Shown piece after piece: positions 1 to 13,107 of a DNA stretch of 64,000 bases (positions within the stretch are counted from its first letter, which is position 1; every line of letters starts with the position of its first letter). The DNA is taken from positions 25,112,001 through 25,176,000 of the forward strand of contig OZ076409.1 in the NCBI GenBank assembly GCA_964187785.1, written 5' to 3'. The notes under the pieces were generated by a model. The model saw nothing but the letters and a program-made list of their open reading frames with translations. It did not search any database and had not been told where the DNA came from. The position numbers and the translations under genes are program-made. The stretch comes from Amphiscolops sp. MND2022. Taxonomy: Eukaryota.

Positions 1-3000
1 GTTGTGGTTATCGTATGTTTAGTCTCATTAGCTGCGGTTAAAATTTTATTGGTTTTGAACCTGCATTTCATTGCATTGGGCTTGGTATCCTTTTCAAAAA
101 ATTGGTACCTTTTAAAATTGTCTCTTACCGATCTACCCCTCGTCCTTGATTCATTGAGGACCAAATAATCTGCGAGTTCCCCGTCGGAATCGTGGACTGT
201 AAAAACTTGTAGCTCCGCCGGTTGTGCTAAAAAATAATTGGTTAATGTTTTCTTCCAGTCCGCTAATAGGCAGGTGGGTTGTCCAATCAGATTGGTGATC
301 GGTGTGCGCGGTTTTCGTCCGTGGTGTAATTGAAAGGGAGTCATTTTCAGTATGTTGTGTGGTGTTTGTCTAATTGTTTTAATTGCCCTTGCGACGCTTT
401 CTTCAAAAGTTAGGCCGTCTTCTAAATTGGCTCTTGTTAATGACTTAATTGTGCGTATTGTTCTCTCGACCAATCCGTTTCCCGTATGTAAATTCGGGGT
501 ACACCTAATTCGTTTAATGTTTTCACCGTTGCAGTAATCTTTAAACTCGTTGCTTTTAAAACAGCTACCGTTGTCGGTGCGTATCGTTTTCGGTGTTCCG
601 TTATCGGTGCAGTATTTTGTTAAAAACTTTATTACGGTCCGAGAGTCCGTATTTTTGCAAATTTGTGCGGTTGGCCATTTGCTAAAACGGTCGATGGCTA
701 CTAAAATGTAAATGTCTCCCCGCGATTTTGATTTGATTGGACCGGCGAAGTCCAATTGAATTTCTTGGCCGGGTTCGGTTAAAAGTTCGAGCCTATTTAT
801 TTCCGTTTGCGGTAATTGTGTTTTTAGATTCTTACCTGCTACTCGGCAACTGGGGCAGTTTTCTGCCTTTTCTCTAATGTCCCGATGTAGTCCCGGCTAC
901 CAAAATGCTTCTGCTGATTTGTCCATTTTGTTAATCGAGACATGGCCGCTGTGTAGCATGGCAATTATGGTTGACCGCATTGCTTCTGGGATGACGATTC
1001 TATCATTGTAGAATAGTAGTCCAAATCTGGTCTCCAGATGTTCACGGTGTGGTCGGTATGGGAAGAAGATACCGTCTCTTTATCCAGCTTCTAGCGCGAT
1101 GATTGCGTCAAGTATTTTAGTGTCCTGCGCAGTTTCCTCAACTAGTAGAGGTAAATCCATGGAAAAGTCTCTTTCGGCTCTTCTGATCGTTTCGGCTGTT
1201 TTCTCGTTTCGTTCTTCTGGTAGGACATTTCGCTTCGCTGTTTGTTTCAATCTGATAAGATTGATGCTCTCATGTTTTTTGAACTTTTTGAGGATGTTTG
1301 TTGGGCACTTTTCGGTTTTTACGTGGCTAATCTGGCTTTCATTGTCTGACGAGGTGTTTATCCAAGACTCGTGTTGGTTTTCGTTAAATTCCCTGAGTGG
1401 GGTGGTCCCGAGTTTCTCGCAATGGTAAAAGAATCTATTGTAAATCAAGATGTTTAATTTCTCAATTTCTTTTCGATCTTGTTGCGAAGGACGATATTCC
1501 AATATCCGCTCGTTGTCCTTGCCTTTTCCCACAATTCTGGTTCGATTTGGTTGAAGAAGTTTAAATCGTTCGGTCCGTAGACGGCTAGTTTCTGGGGAGT
1601 GTCCCCGTTTTTTGAATATAAACTGTAAATCGATTCCGTTTACTTTATCCATCTTTGACATTTTCGGTGCTTGCGAATCAAAGTTTGAATTGTTTGGTGA
1701 GTCAATATCTTTTTGCGGTGAGAAAGTTTGGATTGAATGTTCGCGGTCGTTTTGTTTGCGTATTTGCGTTCTGCGTTCTGATTGGTCGGAATTCTTTACC
1801 GGTGGTGGTCGTCGCATATGTTGCGTAATATTGCCGTTCGTACGATTGAACTCGAATAGGCCGTATATCTGATTGATTACGAATTCCTCTTCGGCTTCGC
1901 TTTCATCGCCTTCGTGTGGCGTTTCCGTTTCGTGTTCGTGTATGATCGGATGACGGCTTAAGTAATCTGTTAACGGAATGTTTTTACCAGCGGTGTATTG
2001 CACATTGACATCGAAATGGCTCAATCGGTCAAGCCACCGTGTTAATCTTGCGCTGTATTGTTTGTGTGCCCTGTTTCGCTTTAGCAGTGGTTGTAGTGCC
2101 TGGTGGTCGGTCAAAAGGTTTACTTTTTTTCCGTAAACGTAATATCTGAAATATTCGAGGCCCCACAAGACGCCTAGCAATTCTAGTTCATTTATGGCAT
2201 ATTTTCGTTCACATTCGGTGAGAAATCGGCTGGCAAACGCCACCGGTCTGAATGTTTCGTTTTCTTTCTGCCATAGGGTTGCCCCTAATCCAGTATTACA
2301 GGCGTCGGTGGTTATGAAATTATCTTTCTTTGGGTCGAAGTGTGCTAGACATGGTGTTTCGGTTATTTCCTTTTTTAGTTGTTCAAAATCATCGTTTATT
2401 TCTTTCGTCCATTCCCATTTTACGTCTTTCTTGAGTAGTTTTCTCATTCTGTCGGTCTTTTTAGACAAGTTGTTCAAAAATTTTGATAAATGTTGTATTG
2501 AGCCCAGAAATGATTTTAGCTCTTTTGTGTTTGTGGGGGCTTTTAATTTTGTTATAGCCTCGGTTTTATCTTTAATTGGCTTTACCCCTTCTTGGTTTAA
2601 CAAGTACCCTAACCAGGTTAGCTCTTTTTTGAACAGTTCTGTTTTTCTTTCACTCGCTCGGTAACCGGCTTCTTGCAATTTTATTAGAACTTCGCGTAGT
2701 TCCCGATCGTGTTCTTCTATCGTTCCGTTTGTGACGCAAATGATGTCATCTAACCATACCGGCGTTTTAAATTCTAGGACCTCCAAATTCTTCTCCAAAT
2801 GTCCTTTTTCGATTAATTTTTCTAATTCTTTTTTCACGATTTTTTGAAAGTGTATTGGTACTGGTCTCCCCTTTTGTTGTATCGGTTTTGCGTCTTTTTT
2901 CAATTGAATGTCTATGGTTAAGTTTTTTATGGTGTGATTGTTTTTAAAAAGGTCCTCGAATTCTTTAAAAATTTTCTCACCTTTTTCGGTTGTGGTTATG

Positions 3001-4310
3001 CTCCTGATGATGTTTGTTTCGTGGCTTCCTTGCAAACCGATTTCCAATTTATCTAGCCAATCCAATCCCAGCAGGGGTTGTGTATTCTTTTTCTCGGTTA
3101 TTAGGATTGGCAACATCACTTTTGTTTTCTCTGTTTTGACCTCAACTATTGCTTCGCCTTTGAATTCTATCGGGTTTTTGTTTACGTCCACGAAACACTT
3201 TGAAGTCGCTTTCATTTGTTTTGGAGTGATAATTGGTGGGATAATCGTTACTGGAGAGCCGGTGTCAATTATGAATTCAATTGGTTGTCCGTCCACCAAT
3301 AGGATGGCTTTGTAGAAGTCTACTCGATTTATGCCGTTGACGGACTGAATATGGTCAATTTCTGGCCATGATTCCGTGTTGCTACCGGTATCTTCCTCTT
3401 GTATCCGGTTTACGGTTCTTGATCGGCAGACCTTTGCAAAATGACCGGACTTCTTACAGTTGTTACATTTTGCCTTCCGTGCTGGGCAAGTGTGGTCGGG
3501 TGTCCAGTTGGATTTTCCGCAGAAGTGGCAATTCCGCTCCGTGTTTCTCTTTTTAGCCGTGAACGTGGCCTTCTTCTTCGTTGCGGGTTTTGTGTATCCG
3601 ACCTGTTCCTCGTCTGATGTGCTTTCGGATGGGTTTTTCCGCTGTCTCTTGGAGGTTGTTTGTTTGTCTCCGTATTTACGGTTATAGTTGTCCAGCTCAA
3701 TGGTCTCCAATATCAGTGATAATTTCAGTGGGCCTTTGATGAATTTATCTCGGGCTTTTTTATCGTTTATGGTTGCTGCGAATTTGTATGAAATGATGTC
3801 TTCGGGAGTGATGGTGTTAAATTCGCACTTTCTTTCAATGTCTACCAGCCTCTTCCAGTACTCGTCTAGGGTTTCGCCATCTTCTTGCTTGATATTAAAG
3901 AATTGGGCCCGGCTGTGGAATACATTCCTGGTTGGTAGGAAGGTCTTTTTGAATAGTTTCAACAACTCTTGGAGACTAATATCTTTAAGTTCTTTTCCCC
4001 ATTGACCTCTCATGATTTCGTGCTTTGCTTCTGGGCCCAGTGCCCATATAACATCACCTTTGATGTGAGAGGTTGTATGAGGGTCCATGGAGTCCGTCTC
4101 TTGTTCCATCAGCTCGTCCAGTTTCTTTTGGTATGTCAAATCTATGTATTCGGATATTTGTTCCCACCACATTTTGGGATTGGCTTTTGATAGGTCAGTT
4201 TCTCTATCCGATAAGATCGGGATCTTGTACTTGTTTCTTTCAGTCCTTTCGACTGTTGTTTGGTTGACCGCCGTTGGGTCGGTTTCGTTGTTGTTGTTCG
4301 TATTTTCCAT
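1..4310 (-). pseudogene. gag-pol: Disabled gag-pol polyprotein
   Basis: ORF 1080-4310 continues in frame past TAA (1080-1082) and TAG (897-899) into integrase (LHSGH..CPSC zinc finger, IQLDFAGP, IRTDNGS, NGLVER). The N-terminal part of RT is deleted in frame at about 2790. Confidence 0.9.
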
Positions 4311-4331
4311 CGGTTTTCTTCTCTTGTTCGT

Positions 4332-4349
4332 ACTTCTATGACTGCGCCA
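4332..4349 (-). promoter_or_regulatory. Primer-binding site (TGGCGCAGTC..., possibly tRNA-Ser)
   Basis: TGG directly follows the ...TATAACA LTR end on the minus strand. tRNA identity is inferred from memory of Ser tRNA 3' ends. Confidence 0.7.
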
Positions 4350-4538
4350 TGTTATAGACTCGATAAAAGGTTTGAAGTAGGATGCTCAAGTTAAGAATGT
4401 GTAAGTAATGTAACATACAAAGTATCACTGTATTCAACGTAAAGTTTGCATCAAAATGAATATAGTCTAGAGGGCAATGTAAGTTCATTGGCAGGTACCT
4501 AATTACTGTTGTCTAGACTATTCTCTCTTCACGGAACA
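4350..4538 (-). repeat. Putative 5' LTR (189 bp) of the Mag-like element
   Basis: TGTT...AACA termini and abuts the PBS. The outer boundary is inferred because the second LTR is not in the window. Confidence 0.6.
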
Positions 4539-5949
4539 TGTGTTCGGGGGTTCGAATCCTAAACTTGACTGCATGTTTTCCAATATAGACTCCAAAATTT
4601 CCGAGGAAAAACACCAAACTTTGATCAAAACCAAGAACTTGAAAAACAACAAAGGAGATAAAGGTGTGAATTGTTTGTTCGTACTCGACCAAAAATTGAT
4701 TAAATTAGAAGAAAATTTACGATTGATTTTGTTGATCATTTTTGATTGTGTTGATCAGTTCGCATGGGAGTGAATAGTTTCTTCCAAAAAAATGTCGTCA
4801 AACGATTGGATAAACATTGGAACCAAAAATGCGATAGCAAAGAGAGATTTTCTTCCAGCAAGAGTATGTCGATCCGAAACATGAAAGCTGAGAGAATTTT
4901 AGACACCAAAGAGATTAAGTCACGTCATTCATAAGCAACGCAGAAAGATTGTGTAATAACCAAATGTTTGGCCTAAATCCAACCGCAAATACTATATACA
5001 GCACTCTGAAGACACACTTCGCCGCACTGGCTCTGGACTTTGCGCCAAAACTTTGCACGCGTCGTGTCTCTGATTGCTTTTCAGCATGTTTCAAAACATT
5101 CTGGGGCCGCTTTGACCCAATGCTGATACCAGTGGGATAAAAGGGTCATAAACGAAAACTGGAAAAACGGAAAATCTGCACTCAATTTTTTAAAATTTTT
5201 TGGTCCCATTTTCTGGATTTCGGAGACATCATGTCAATATTCCGTGAAAAGGAGCCAAATGCTATGCAATATTGTCTGAAAATCCTATTCATGAGTTTTC
5301 TTTACCATACAATCAGCTGGTGCGTTTAGAATTTGCAGAAACTAAATGTGCCGAAATCGGCACATTGGTCAATTTAAGGTTAAAACAGTGTTCCGACGCA
5401 AGATTTTGAAACACTGTATTTACATTTCGCACATATTGGATCGAAATTATAAGAAGCTCTACTCAAAACTGAACATAAATGTTTTGATACGGACAAAAAC
5501 AATGGTGAAAAAACAAAATTCGAAATATAAAAACAAGTACTGGCCATGATGGGATCGGTATTGATTTTTTGAAGTAATCTTAACAAATATTAGAAAAATT
5601 TTAGTCAACGTTTTATTGTCTGTTCGGAAGAACGGAGAGTTCCGGAATGCATAAAAATTCAAAAACTATTCCATTTTTCGAAAAAAGAGATCGCTATTAC
5701 CCTAGAATGTATCGTCCGATTAGCTTTCTAATCTACCTCTGTCAGTAAGTGTTTCAAAAAATGTTCTCTAAACCTTCAGTGAGCTTTTTTTCAAAAAAAG
5801 CAAATTGTTGATTTCGCCCATGCCGTTTAGGATCTAAACGTCTTTAGATCTAAACGGTCATGCACTTTTTCTATTTCTATAGCATCTGAGTATATGAGAA
5901 CGCATATTGATAAACTCAGTGGCCAAGCTTGTAGCATTGATATGAAAAA

Positions 5950-6572
5950 GCTCTTGACTCTTTTGATCAAAATGATTTGCTTCAGAAACTTTATTCTTAT
6001 GGTCTTTTAGGACCAGTACGTTTTATGTGATGTGCATTCCAGAGATAGATTGCAGTACGTCTCTTGAGAGGAAAAAAGGATAACTTGTGTAAAACTTACA
6101 ACAACTGTACCCCAATTGTACTTTCTAGGACTTTTCTTGTTTTCAATCTATGTCAATGATTTACCCGAATATGCGGAAAATAACAAACAAACTGCATCGT
6201 TTGCTGATGAAACAACTCTATTGAAAAGATTGAACGGTAATGCTTCAAAATGAATTTTCGGCACGGAGGTCAACATTGTATACTGCTAATGAACCAAGAA
6301 ATATTGCAAAAAACTTCGTGTTAGTCTTTGGAACTTCATGTGGATAGTAAAATGGCATTCAGAGATTTTATCGTCTACGTAGTTAAGCAACTAAAAAAAT
6401 CAGTGCCCTTGTTGATAGTGTGAGACATCTTTACCCATCAAAATGCCTACTTCTGTTTACTAATTCAAATGCAGCATTGATGATTAGGGATGGATTACTA
6501 GTTTTTGGCAGTGCAGCCAAAAGCAAATCCAAAAATTTTGAAACAGTGAAGAATCCTGCGAGCAAATGTTTC
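5950..6572 (+). pseudogene. Decayed non-LTR (CR1/L2-like) RT fragment, copy 1
   Basis: Translatable motifs VPQLYFLGLFLFSIYVNDLP and FADET match the LINE RT pattern GVPQGSxLGPxLFxxYxNDL / FADD. Confidence 0.75.
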
Positions 6573-6573
6573 T

Positions 6574-6973
6574 AATCTATGTATTCGAATATTTGTTCCC
6601 ACCACATTTTGGGATTGGCTTTTGATAGGTCAGTTTCTCTATCCGATAAGATCGGGATCTTGTACTTGTTTCTTTCAGTCCTTTCGACTATTGTTTGGTT
6701 GACCGCCGTTGGGTCGGTTTCGTTGTTGTTGTTCGTATTTTCCATCGGTTTTCTTCTCTTGTTCGTACTTCTATGACTGCGCCATGTTATAGACTCGATA
6801 AAAGGTTTGAAGTAGGATGCTCAAGTTAAGAATGTGTAAGTAATGTAACATACAAAGTATCACTGTATTCAACGTAAAGTTTGCATCAAAATGAATATAG
6901 TCTAGAGGGCAATGTAAGTTCATTGGCAGGTACCTAATTACTGTTGTCTAGACTATTCTCTCTTCACGGAACA
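6574..6973 (-). mobile_element. Duplicated fragment of the Mag-like element (LTR, PBS, gag 5' end)
   Basis: Copy of 4139-4538 produced by the tandem duplication. Confidence 0.85.
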
Positions 6974-8384
6974 TGTGTTCGGGGGTTCGAATCCTAAACT
7001 TGACTGCATGTTTTCCAATATAGACTCCAAAATTTCCGAGGAAAAACACCAAACTTTGATCAAAACCAAGAACTTGAAAAACAACAAAGGAGATAAAGGT
7101 GTGAATTGTTTGTTCGTACTCGACCAAAAATTGATTAAATTAGAAGAAAATTTACGATTGATTTTGTTGATCATTTTTGATTGTGTTGATCAGTTCGCAT
7201 GGGAGTGAATAGTTTCTTCCAAAAAAATGTCGTCAAACGATTGGATAAACATTGGAACCAAAAATGCGATAGCAAAGAGAGATTTTCTTCCAGCAAGAGT
7301 ATGTCGATCCGAAACATGAAAGCTGAGAGAATTTTAGACACCAAAGAGATTAAGTCACGTCATTCATAAGCAACGCAGAAAGATTGTGTAATAACCAAAT
7401 GTTTGGCCTAAATCCAACCGCAAATACTATATACAGCACTCTGAAGACACACTTCGCCGCACTGGCTCTGGACTTTGCGCCAAAACTTTGCACGCGTCGT
7501 GTCTCTGATTGCTTTTCAGCATGTTTCAAAACATTCTGGGGCCGCTTTGACCCAATGTTGATACCAGTGGGATAAAAGGGTCATAAACGAAAACTGGAAA
7601 AACGGAAAATCTGCACTCAATTTTTTAAAATTTTTTGGTCCCATTTTCTGGATTTCGGAGACATCATGTCAATATTCCGTGAAAAGGAGCCAAATGCTAT
7701 GCAATATTGTCTGAAAATCCTATTCATGAGTTTTCTTTACCATACAATCAGCTGGTGCGTTTAGAATTTGCAGAAACTAAATGTGCCGAAATCGGCACAT
7801 TGGTCAATTTAAGGTTAAAACAGTGTTCCGACGCAAGATTTTGAAACACTGTATTTACATTTCGCACATATTGGATCGAAATTATAAGAAGCTCTACTCA
7901 AAACTGAACATAAATGTTTTGATACGGACAAAAACAATGGTGAAAAAACAAAATTCGAAATATAAAAACAAGTACTGGCCATGATGGGATCGGTATTGAT
8001 TTTTTGAAGTAATCTTAACAAATATTAGAAAAATTTTAGTCAACGTTTTATTGTCTGTTCGGAAGAACGGAGAGTTCCGGAATGCATAAAAATTCAAAAA
8101 CTATTCCATTTTTCGAAAAAAGAGATCGCTATTACCCTAGAATGTATCGTCCGATTAGCTTTCTAATCTACCTCTGTCAGTAAGTGTTTCAAAAAATGTT
8201 CTCTAAACCTTCAGTGAGCTTTTTTTCAAAAAAAGCAAATTGTTGATTTCGCCCATGCCGTTTAGGATCTAAACGTCTTTAGATCTAAACGGTCATGCAC
8301 TTTTTCTATTTCTATAGCATCTGAGTATATGAGAACGCATATTGATAAACTCAGTGGCCAAGCTTGTAGCATTGATATGAAAAA

Positions 8385-9660
8385 GCTCTTGACTCTTTTG
8401 ATCAAAATGATTTGCTTCAGAAACTTTATTCTTATGGTCTTTTAGGACCAGTACGTTTTATGTGATGTGCATTCCAGAGATAGATTGCAGTACGTCTCTT
8501 GAGAGGAAAAAAGGATAACTTGTGTAAAACTTACAACAACTGTACCCCAATTGTACTTTCTAGGACTTTTCTTGTTTTCAATCTATGTCAATGATTTACC
8601 CGAATATGCGGAAAATAACAAACAAACTGCATCGTTTGCTGATGAAACAACTCTATTGAAAAGATTGAACGGTAATGCTTCAAAATGAATTTTCGGCACG
8701 GAGGTCAACATTGTATACTGCTAATGAACCAAGAAATATTGCAAAAAACGTCGTGTTAGTCTTTGGAACTTCATGTGGATAGTAAAATGGCATTCAGAGA
8801 TTTTATCGTCTACGTAGTTAAGCAACTAAAAAAATCAGTGCCCTTGTTGATAGTGTGAGACATCTTTACCCATCAAAATGCCTACTTCTGTTTACTAATT
8901 CAAATGCAGCATTGATGATTAGGGATGGATTACTAGTTTTTGGCAGTGCAGCCAAAAGCAATTCCAAAAATTTTGAAACAGTGAAGAATCCTGCGAGCAA
9001 ATGTTTCCAAAAAAACTTTTTTAGTCTCAAAAAGAACTATCGAGAAACATATAAATTCAGAATTGTTTGTAATGGATGTTTTCACTGATGTTGTACAAAG
9101 TCTCGAATACAAGTTCCCGCTTGCTTTACTAATCAAAATTGATAACCCAGACACAAATGCTACTAGTGGCACAAAAAACTGCCGTCAATTGAATTTTGCA
9201 GAACCAAAATAAAATCAATGTCTATCGAAAATATCCTCTGAAAAGGCTACAACTTAATGAAGGAATTCCATCGAATACCGGGCGACTTGAACGTTTTATC
9301 AAAACAGCAAGTAAAAATTTGGCTCAAAACTATATCTGACATCTTGGTTGGTCAGACGACGCTGGAAACGTTTTTTCATCCGGAAGTATCTGTTTTGCGA
9401 AGTGATTCTTTCTCATCAATACGTGTTCAATATATTAATTTTCTACCTAATTTCTATCAAAACTTTCTACTTCGAAGTTATTACAAACATCCGTTTTATT
9501 TGTGACTTCAATATCTGAAAAAGTTTTCTGTAAACCCGTCTTCACTACTTTCTGGCTTCTATTTAGTTATCAGTTTAGGTTACTTAATTGATTCCACAGG
9601 GCAGAGGCTTGAAGAGCTGCAAAATCTCATTCTCTGTCTTTATTGAATACATTAAACTTG
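8385..9660 (+). pseudogene. Decayed non-LTR (CR1/L2-like) RT 3' fragment, copy 2 with tail
   Basis: Same RT motifs, followed by a degenerate C-terminal coding region and a 3' UTR-like segment. Boundaries are approximate. Confidence 0.7.
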
Positions 9661-10619
9661 AAAATTTTAGTCATTAATCTAATTTATCAATATTGTATTC
9701 AGTTAAATGAAGTTTCCTTTCCTTTCCGTTCAAGTTTGCAGAAATAAGCAAGATCGGAGACTCGTTTCACTATCTCTTTGACGCCGTCAACCTGATTGAA
9801 GAACCGTTTTGCCAGTTAATTGCAATTACATCGCAGGTTTCATAATTTTGGAAGCTGAGAGAAAGGAAAAGTTTTAAAGTAATGTTTCGCCGCGTTTCTT
9901 CCTTTATTATATCCTTTAGATATCCTTAGATAATAGGTATAATATACATTTTAGGTAATAAATCTACACATATAGGCACATATTTTCTACCGAACAAATA
10001 GTAGTCCAGTATTTTAGCACGTGTAGGCCTAAACAATGCTCTCTCTTAAACACAGAGAAAAGTGGAGCGGGCTTTTTGAAATTGTTTTTACAAAGTTCGG
10101 ACAAAATGCAATATTGACAACTGAATATTGACGAAAATTGGCTCTTTTCTTCATTGATAACATAAACATACAACAACTTAATTACAACACCTTTGACACA
10201 ATCTTATTGTAACAAAAATTTCGCACAAATTATGAAGTTAAGTATTGATAACATTCTTACAAATCAATACTATAATTAATATAATTAATTATTAATATAC
10301 AAATTCTTTAAATTACTAGATCAATTAACATATGCTGAACCAGGTTCGCCTAGTTTTGAATGTGTTTGATTTGCAGATTGAACAATTTGACTAAAATTGA
10401 TTTAACTAAAAATTAATTAAATTAGAAATAATTAAATAATTAAAACATTTAATATGGCTATAGTTTCCTGTGCAACCAAATCCATATTGTGTGTGTCATT
10501 CATTGAAGTGTCATTGATGTGTGCTGATGGGTGATGAACCAGAAGGAATACATATGGTCCTAAAACATAAATGTTGTAAGTGCTGATTAAACAAGGTACG
10601 GTACATATTTCGCGATATC

Positions 10620-10880
10620 TGGCAGTGGATTCCACTGTTAAAAACAGCAGCTGTTAAAAACAGCGGAATTCGCTTGCACAACAGCGGAATCCACTGGTGT
10701 TACTGCGGAATCCGCTGTCGCAGCAGTGGATTCCACTGTTTTTCCTTCTACATTACGAAAGCTTGTCCCTAGAAACCGCTGTTTTTATGCTGTGTAATAT
10801 TATGTGACCCCGGATTCCGGTACAGTGACTGCGGAATCCACTGCTGTCTACTATAATAAGATATGCCTCTGGATTCCACC
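10620..10880. repeat. Degenerate short-repeat array of a quasi-palindromic CAG(T/C)GGA(A/T)TCC(A/G)CTG motif
   Basis: About 7 copies, e.g. gcagtggattccactgtt, cagcggaatccactgg, ctgcggaatccgctgt. Confidence 0.8.
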
Positions 10881-11899
10881 AAAAGTTCAATGTAAAGAGA
10901 TTTTTCTCTCTCTTTCTTTCAGTTTTTTTCGGCATTGCGAGACTTTTTTCAAAATTTTTTTTCATCAAGGTAGTCCCAATTGACCAATACTTGGAAATTT
11001 TGAAGTCCTTTTGCTATTTGCGCCTTGGATATGGCGCCGACTAGGGCCGTTCCCGGCTTGTTTCATACAAATTCTGCCGAAACTCCACTTTATCTCGACT
11101 GTCCACTCCACTTGACTATTTTACTAGTTTACTAGCGATAGTTACAACTGAGGTACTTCAATTATGGTGGCTCAGTCAGGTTGTAGGTCCTGGGTTCGAA
11201 CCTCTCCTTCGCCATACTTTTTTGCATTAAGCGTGTCGCGAAAAATATCCCGGGGCTTAGCGGACGTCTTGTATAACCTTTACTTCGTTAACTATGACTG
11301 CAAGTTCGTATACAAGGCAGCTATAAGCACCAGATTATAAAAAGTTGACACAATTTGGAAAAAAAGCATCACAGATCATAATTTTTCTCCCCCAAATAAA
11401 CTTATGGTGGCGGAAAATAACAAATATCATCGAACAAGCTTACCAGAGACCTTAAAGACAACTCAATATTTTTTGTTTTCTTGAAAAACGAAAAATCTTA
11501 GTTTCAGCACCGGGTTTTTAAAATTATTTTCCTCCATCACTTTTTGTCAATAGCAACTAAAACTAAAATCGCGGGAAAGCTGGAAAGTTGGAAAGTATTT
11601 TCCACTTGGCCTGGCGGTTACGCACCTGACGAGGGGTTTGAGTCTTGCTTCAATGCAAAATCTTTTAGGCTTGCAAATGTAGAGGGAATTGCAAAATTTC
11701 ATATCTCTGGAAAAGCCCCGTCGGAACGTATTGTTTGGTGCTGGGACAGAGCGCTTTGAGAGTTTACTAGAGATCTGAAAGAAAAAACCCTTCTTCTCAG
11801 AGTTTTCACTTTTTATTTTCAGTTGTGGAAAACTGTTTTCCGAATTTCAAGGGTAACTGTTTCAGTTATTTTCTGAAATGTGAATACGATGAATCGTTT

Positions 11900-12893
11900 C
11901 AGTCGGCGCTTTTCTAGTGGAAAAAGCCCGACTATTACAGTGGCTTGTTTTTAGTCGGCGCCTTTTCCCTTAAGAAAAAAGCCCGACTCTTACAGTGAGT
12001 AGTTTTCTTTTGTTTTTTTGTTTTTTTTTCAGTTGACAATCTCACTCTGAGTGGTCCACTTTTCTTACAATTTGTTCATCTCTCATATTTGTTCATCTTC
12101 CAAGCCGGAGAGCGTGTGTTCGATTCTCGCACTAAATCATAAATTTTTTGATGCTTCCAAAAGTACAGGTGAGACCAAAGGGTCCCTCCTTTGGGTTTTT
12201 TTCGGCACTATGCGAGTTTTTTCGAAAATTTTCGAATTTTATCAAAGGGTACCCCCTTTCATTTTTTGAAGTTTTCGGTTTGTAAAAATCGTTGAATGAG
12301 CCTAAATGACCTCTATTTAGGTTTTTCGGCATTGTGCGACTTTTTTACCAAATACTTTTTTTGGAAAAAAATATAATTTTTTCCAAATATTTTAAATAGT
12401 TGTTCCTTGAATATTTTTGAGCCTAAGATATGGCGCCGACTTGGGACGTTCTCGTCTTGTTTTTCGTCACACCACAGACCTCACCCTGTAAGTACCACTT
12501 TTTAGTAGACTTTATTCGGGTTACGGGGAACCCAGCGGTCAAGTGTTCGATTCCCTGCTTTAGCCAGAAACTTTTTCGAGCATTTGCGAAACCGGACGAG
12601 ACTGAAGGCCCCCTTTCAATTCTTTTCAGCACTGCGCGGCTTTTTTTTTCATTTTTTGTTTTTGTTTTCAAAGAGTCCCCCCTTCGATTTTATTGAAATC
12701 CCCCTCGTAATATCCGGAGTAAAGCGCTATATCCGAACTTTTGACGTTATATCCGAACTATATTGCGTTTTAATAAGGAGGAGGCGGAGGTTCGAAAACC
12801 GGGTTTTTTCATGAAAACGTTCTAGGCATATTATAAAAACTGCGCTTTTTGAGCTTTAGATATAGCGCCGACTTTGGACGTTCCCGTCTTGTT
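11900..12893 (+). mobile_element. Helentron/DINE-1-like non-autonomous elements (family A), nested or tandem
   Basis: 5' AGTCGGCGC at about 11901 and 11953. 3' ends GCGCCGACT + hairpin + CTTGTT at 12433-12461 and 12865-12893. Confidence 0.7.
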
Positions 12894-13107
12894 AATATTT
12901 GTCTTTGAGCATATTCAAGAGATTTTGGTCTAATTGAGTTTTAGACAAGCCGTTAACTAGAGATTTTTTTTGTTTCTCAATTTTAAAAGGTTCGCCTACT
13001 GCGTTTCCGACGAAATGCGTTTTTTTTGTGCGTAAGACTCAAAAATCAAAAAAGGTTTTTCACGTTTTGGTTTCGAAAAAAATGAAAAAAAATGTCCAAA
13101 ATTCTAA

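Larger units (their letters stand above)
1..4538 (-). mobile_element. Ty3/Gypsy LTR retrotransposon (Mag-like), 5' part; 3' end lies outside the window
   Basis: Candidate short 5' LTR, PBS, and a single gag-pol frame with CCHC knuckles, protease (IIDTGS), RT remnant, RNase H (TDAC..GLGA, ELELLG, LTDH) and integrase. Domain order PR-RT-RH-IN is Gypsy. Confidence 0.92.
4139..9007. repeat. Tandem segmental duplication, unit 2434 bp (4139-6572 and 6574-9007)
   Basis: Near-identical copies offset by 2435, with about 5 substitutions seen. The ORF track is duplicated at the same offset. Confidence 0.97.

Noticed and set aside
1099..4341. Plus-strand ORFs overlapping gag-pol (likewise 24093-30123)
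   Set aside because: Antisense shadows of long coding frames.
4539..4565. tRNA-targeted insertion (GGTTCGAATCC next to the LTR)
   Set aside because: Only an isolated B-box-like string with no visible A-box or tRNA body. A single instance.
4350..6973. Small LTR element bounded by two identical LTRs (4350-4538 and 6785-6973)
   Set aside because: Both carry a PBS on the same side and identity extends far beyond them. They result from the tandem duplication.
10620..10880. CRISPR-like array
   Set aside because: The repeats are short and degenerate, there are no regular unique spacers or cas genes, and the context is eukaryotic.
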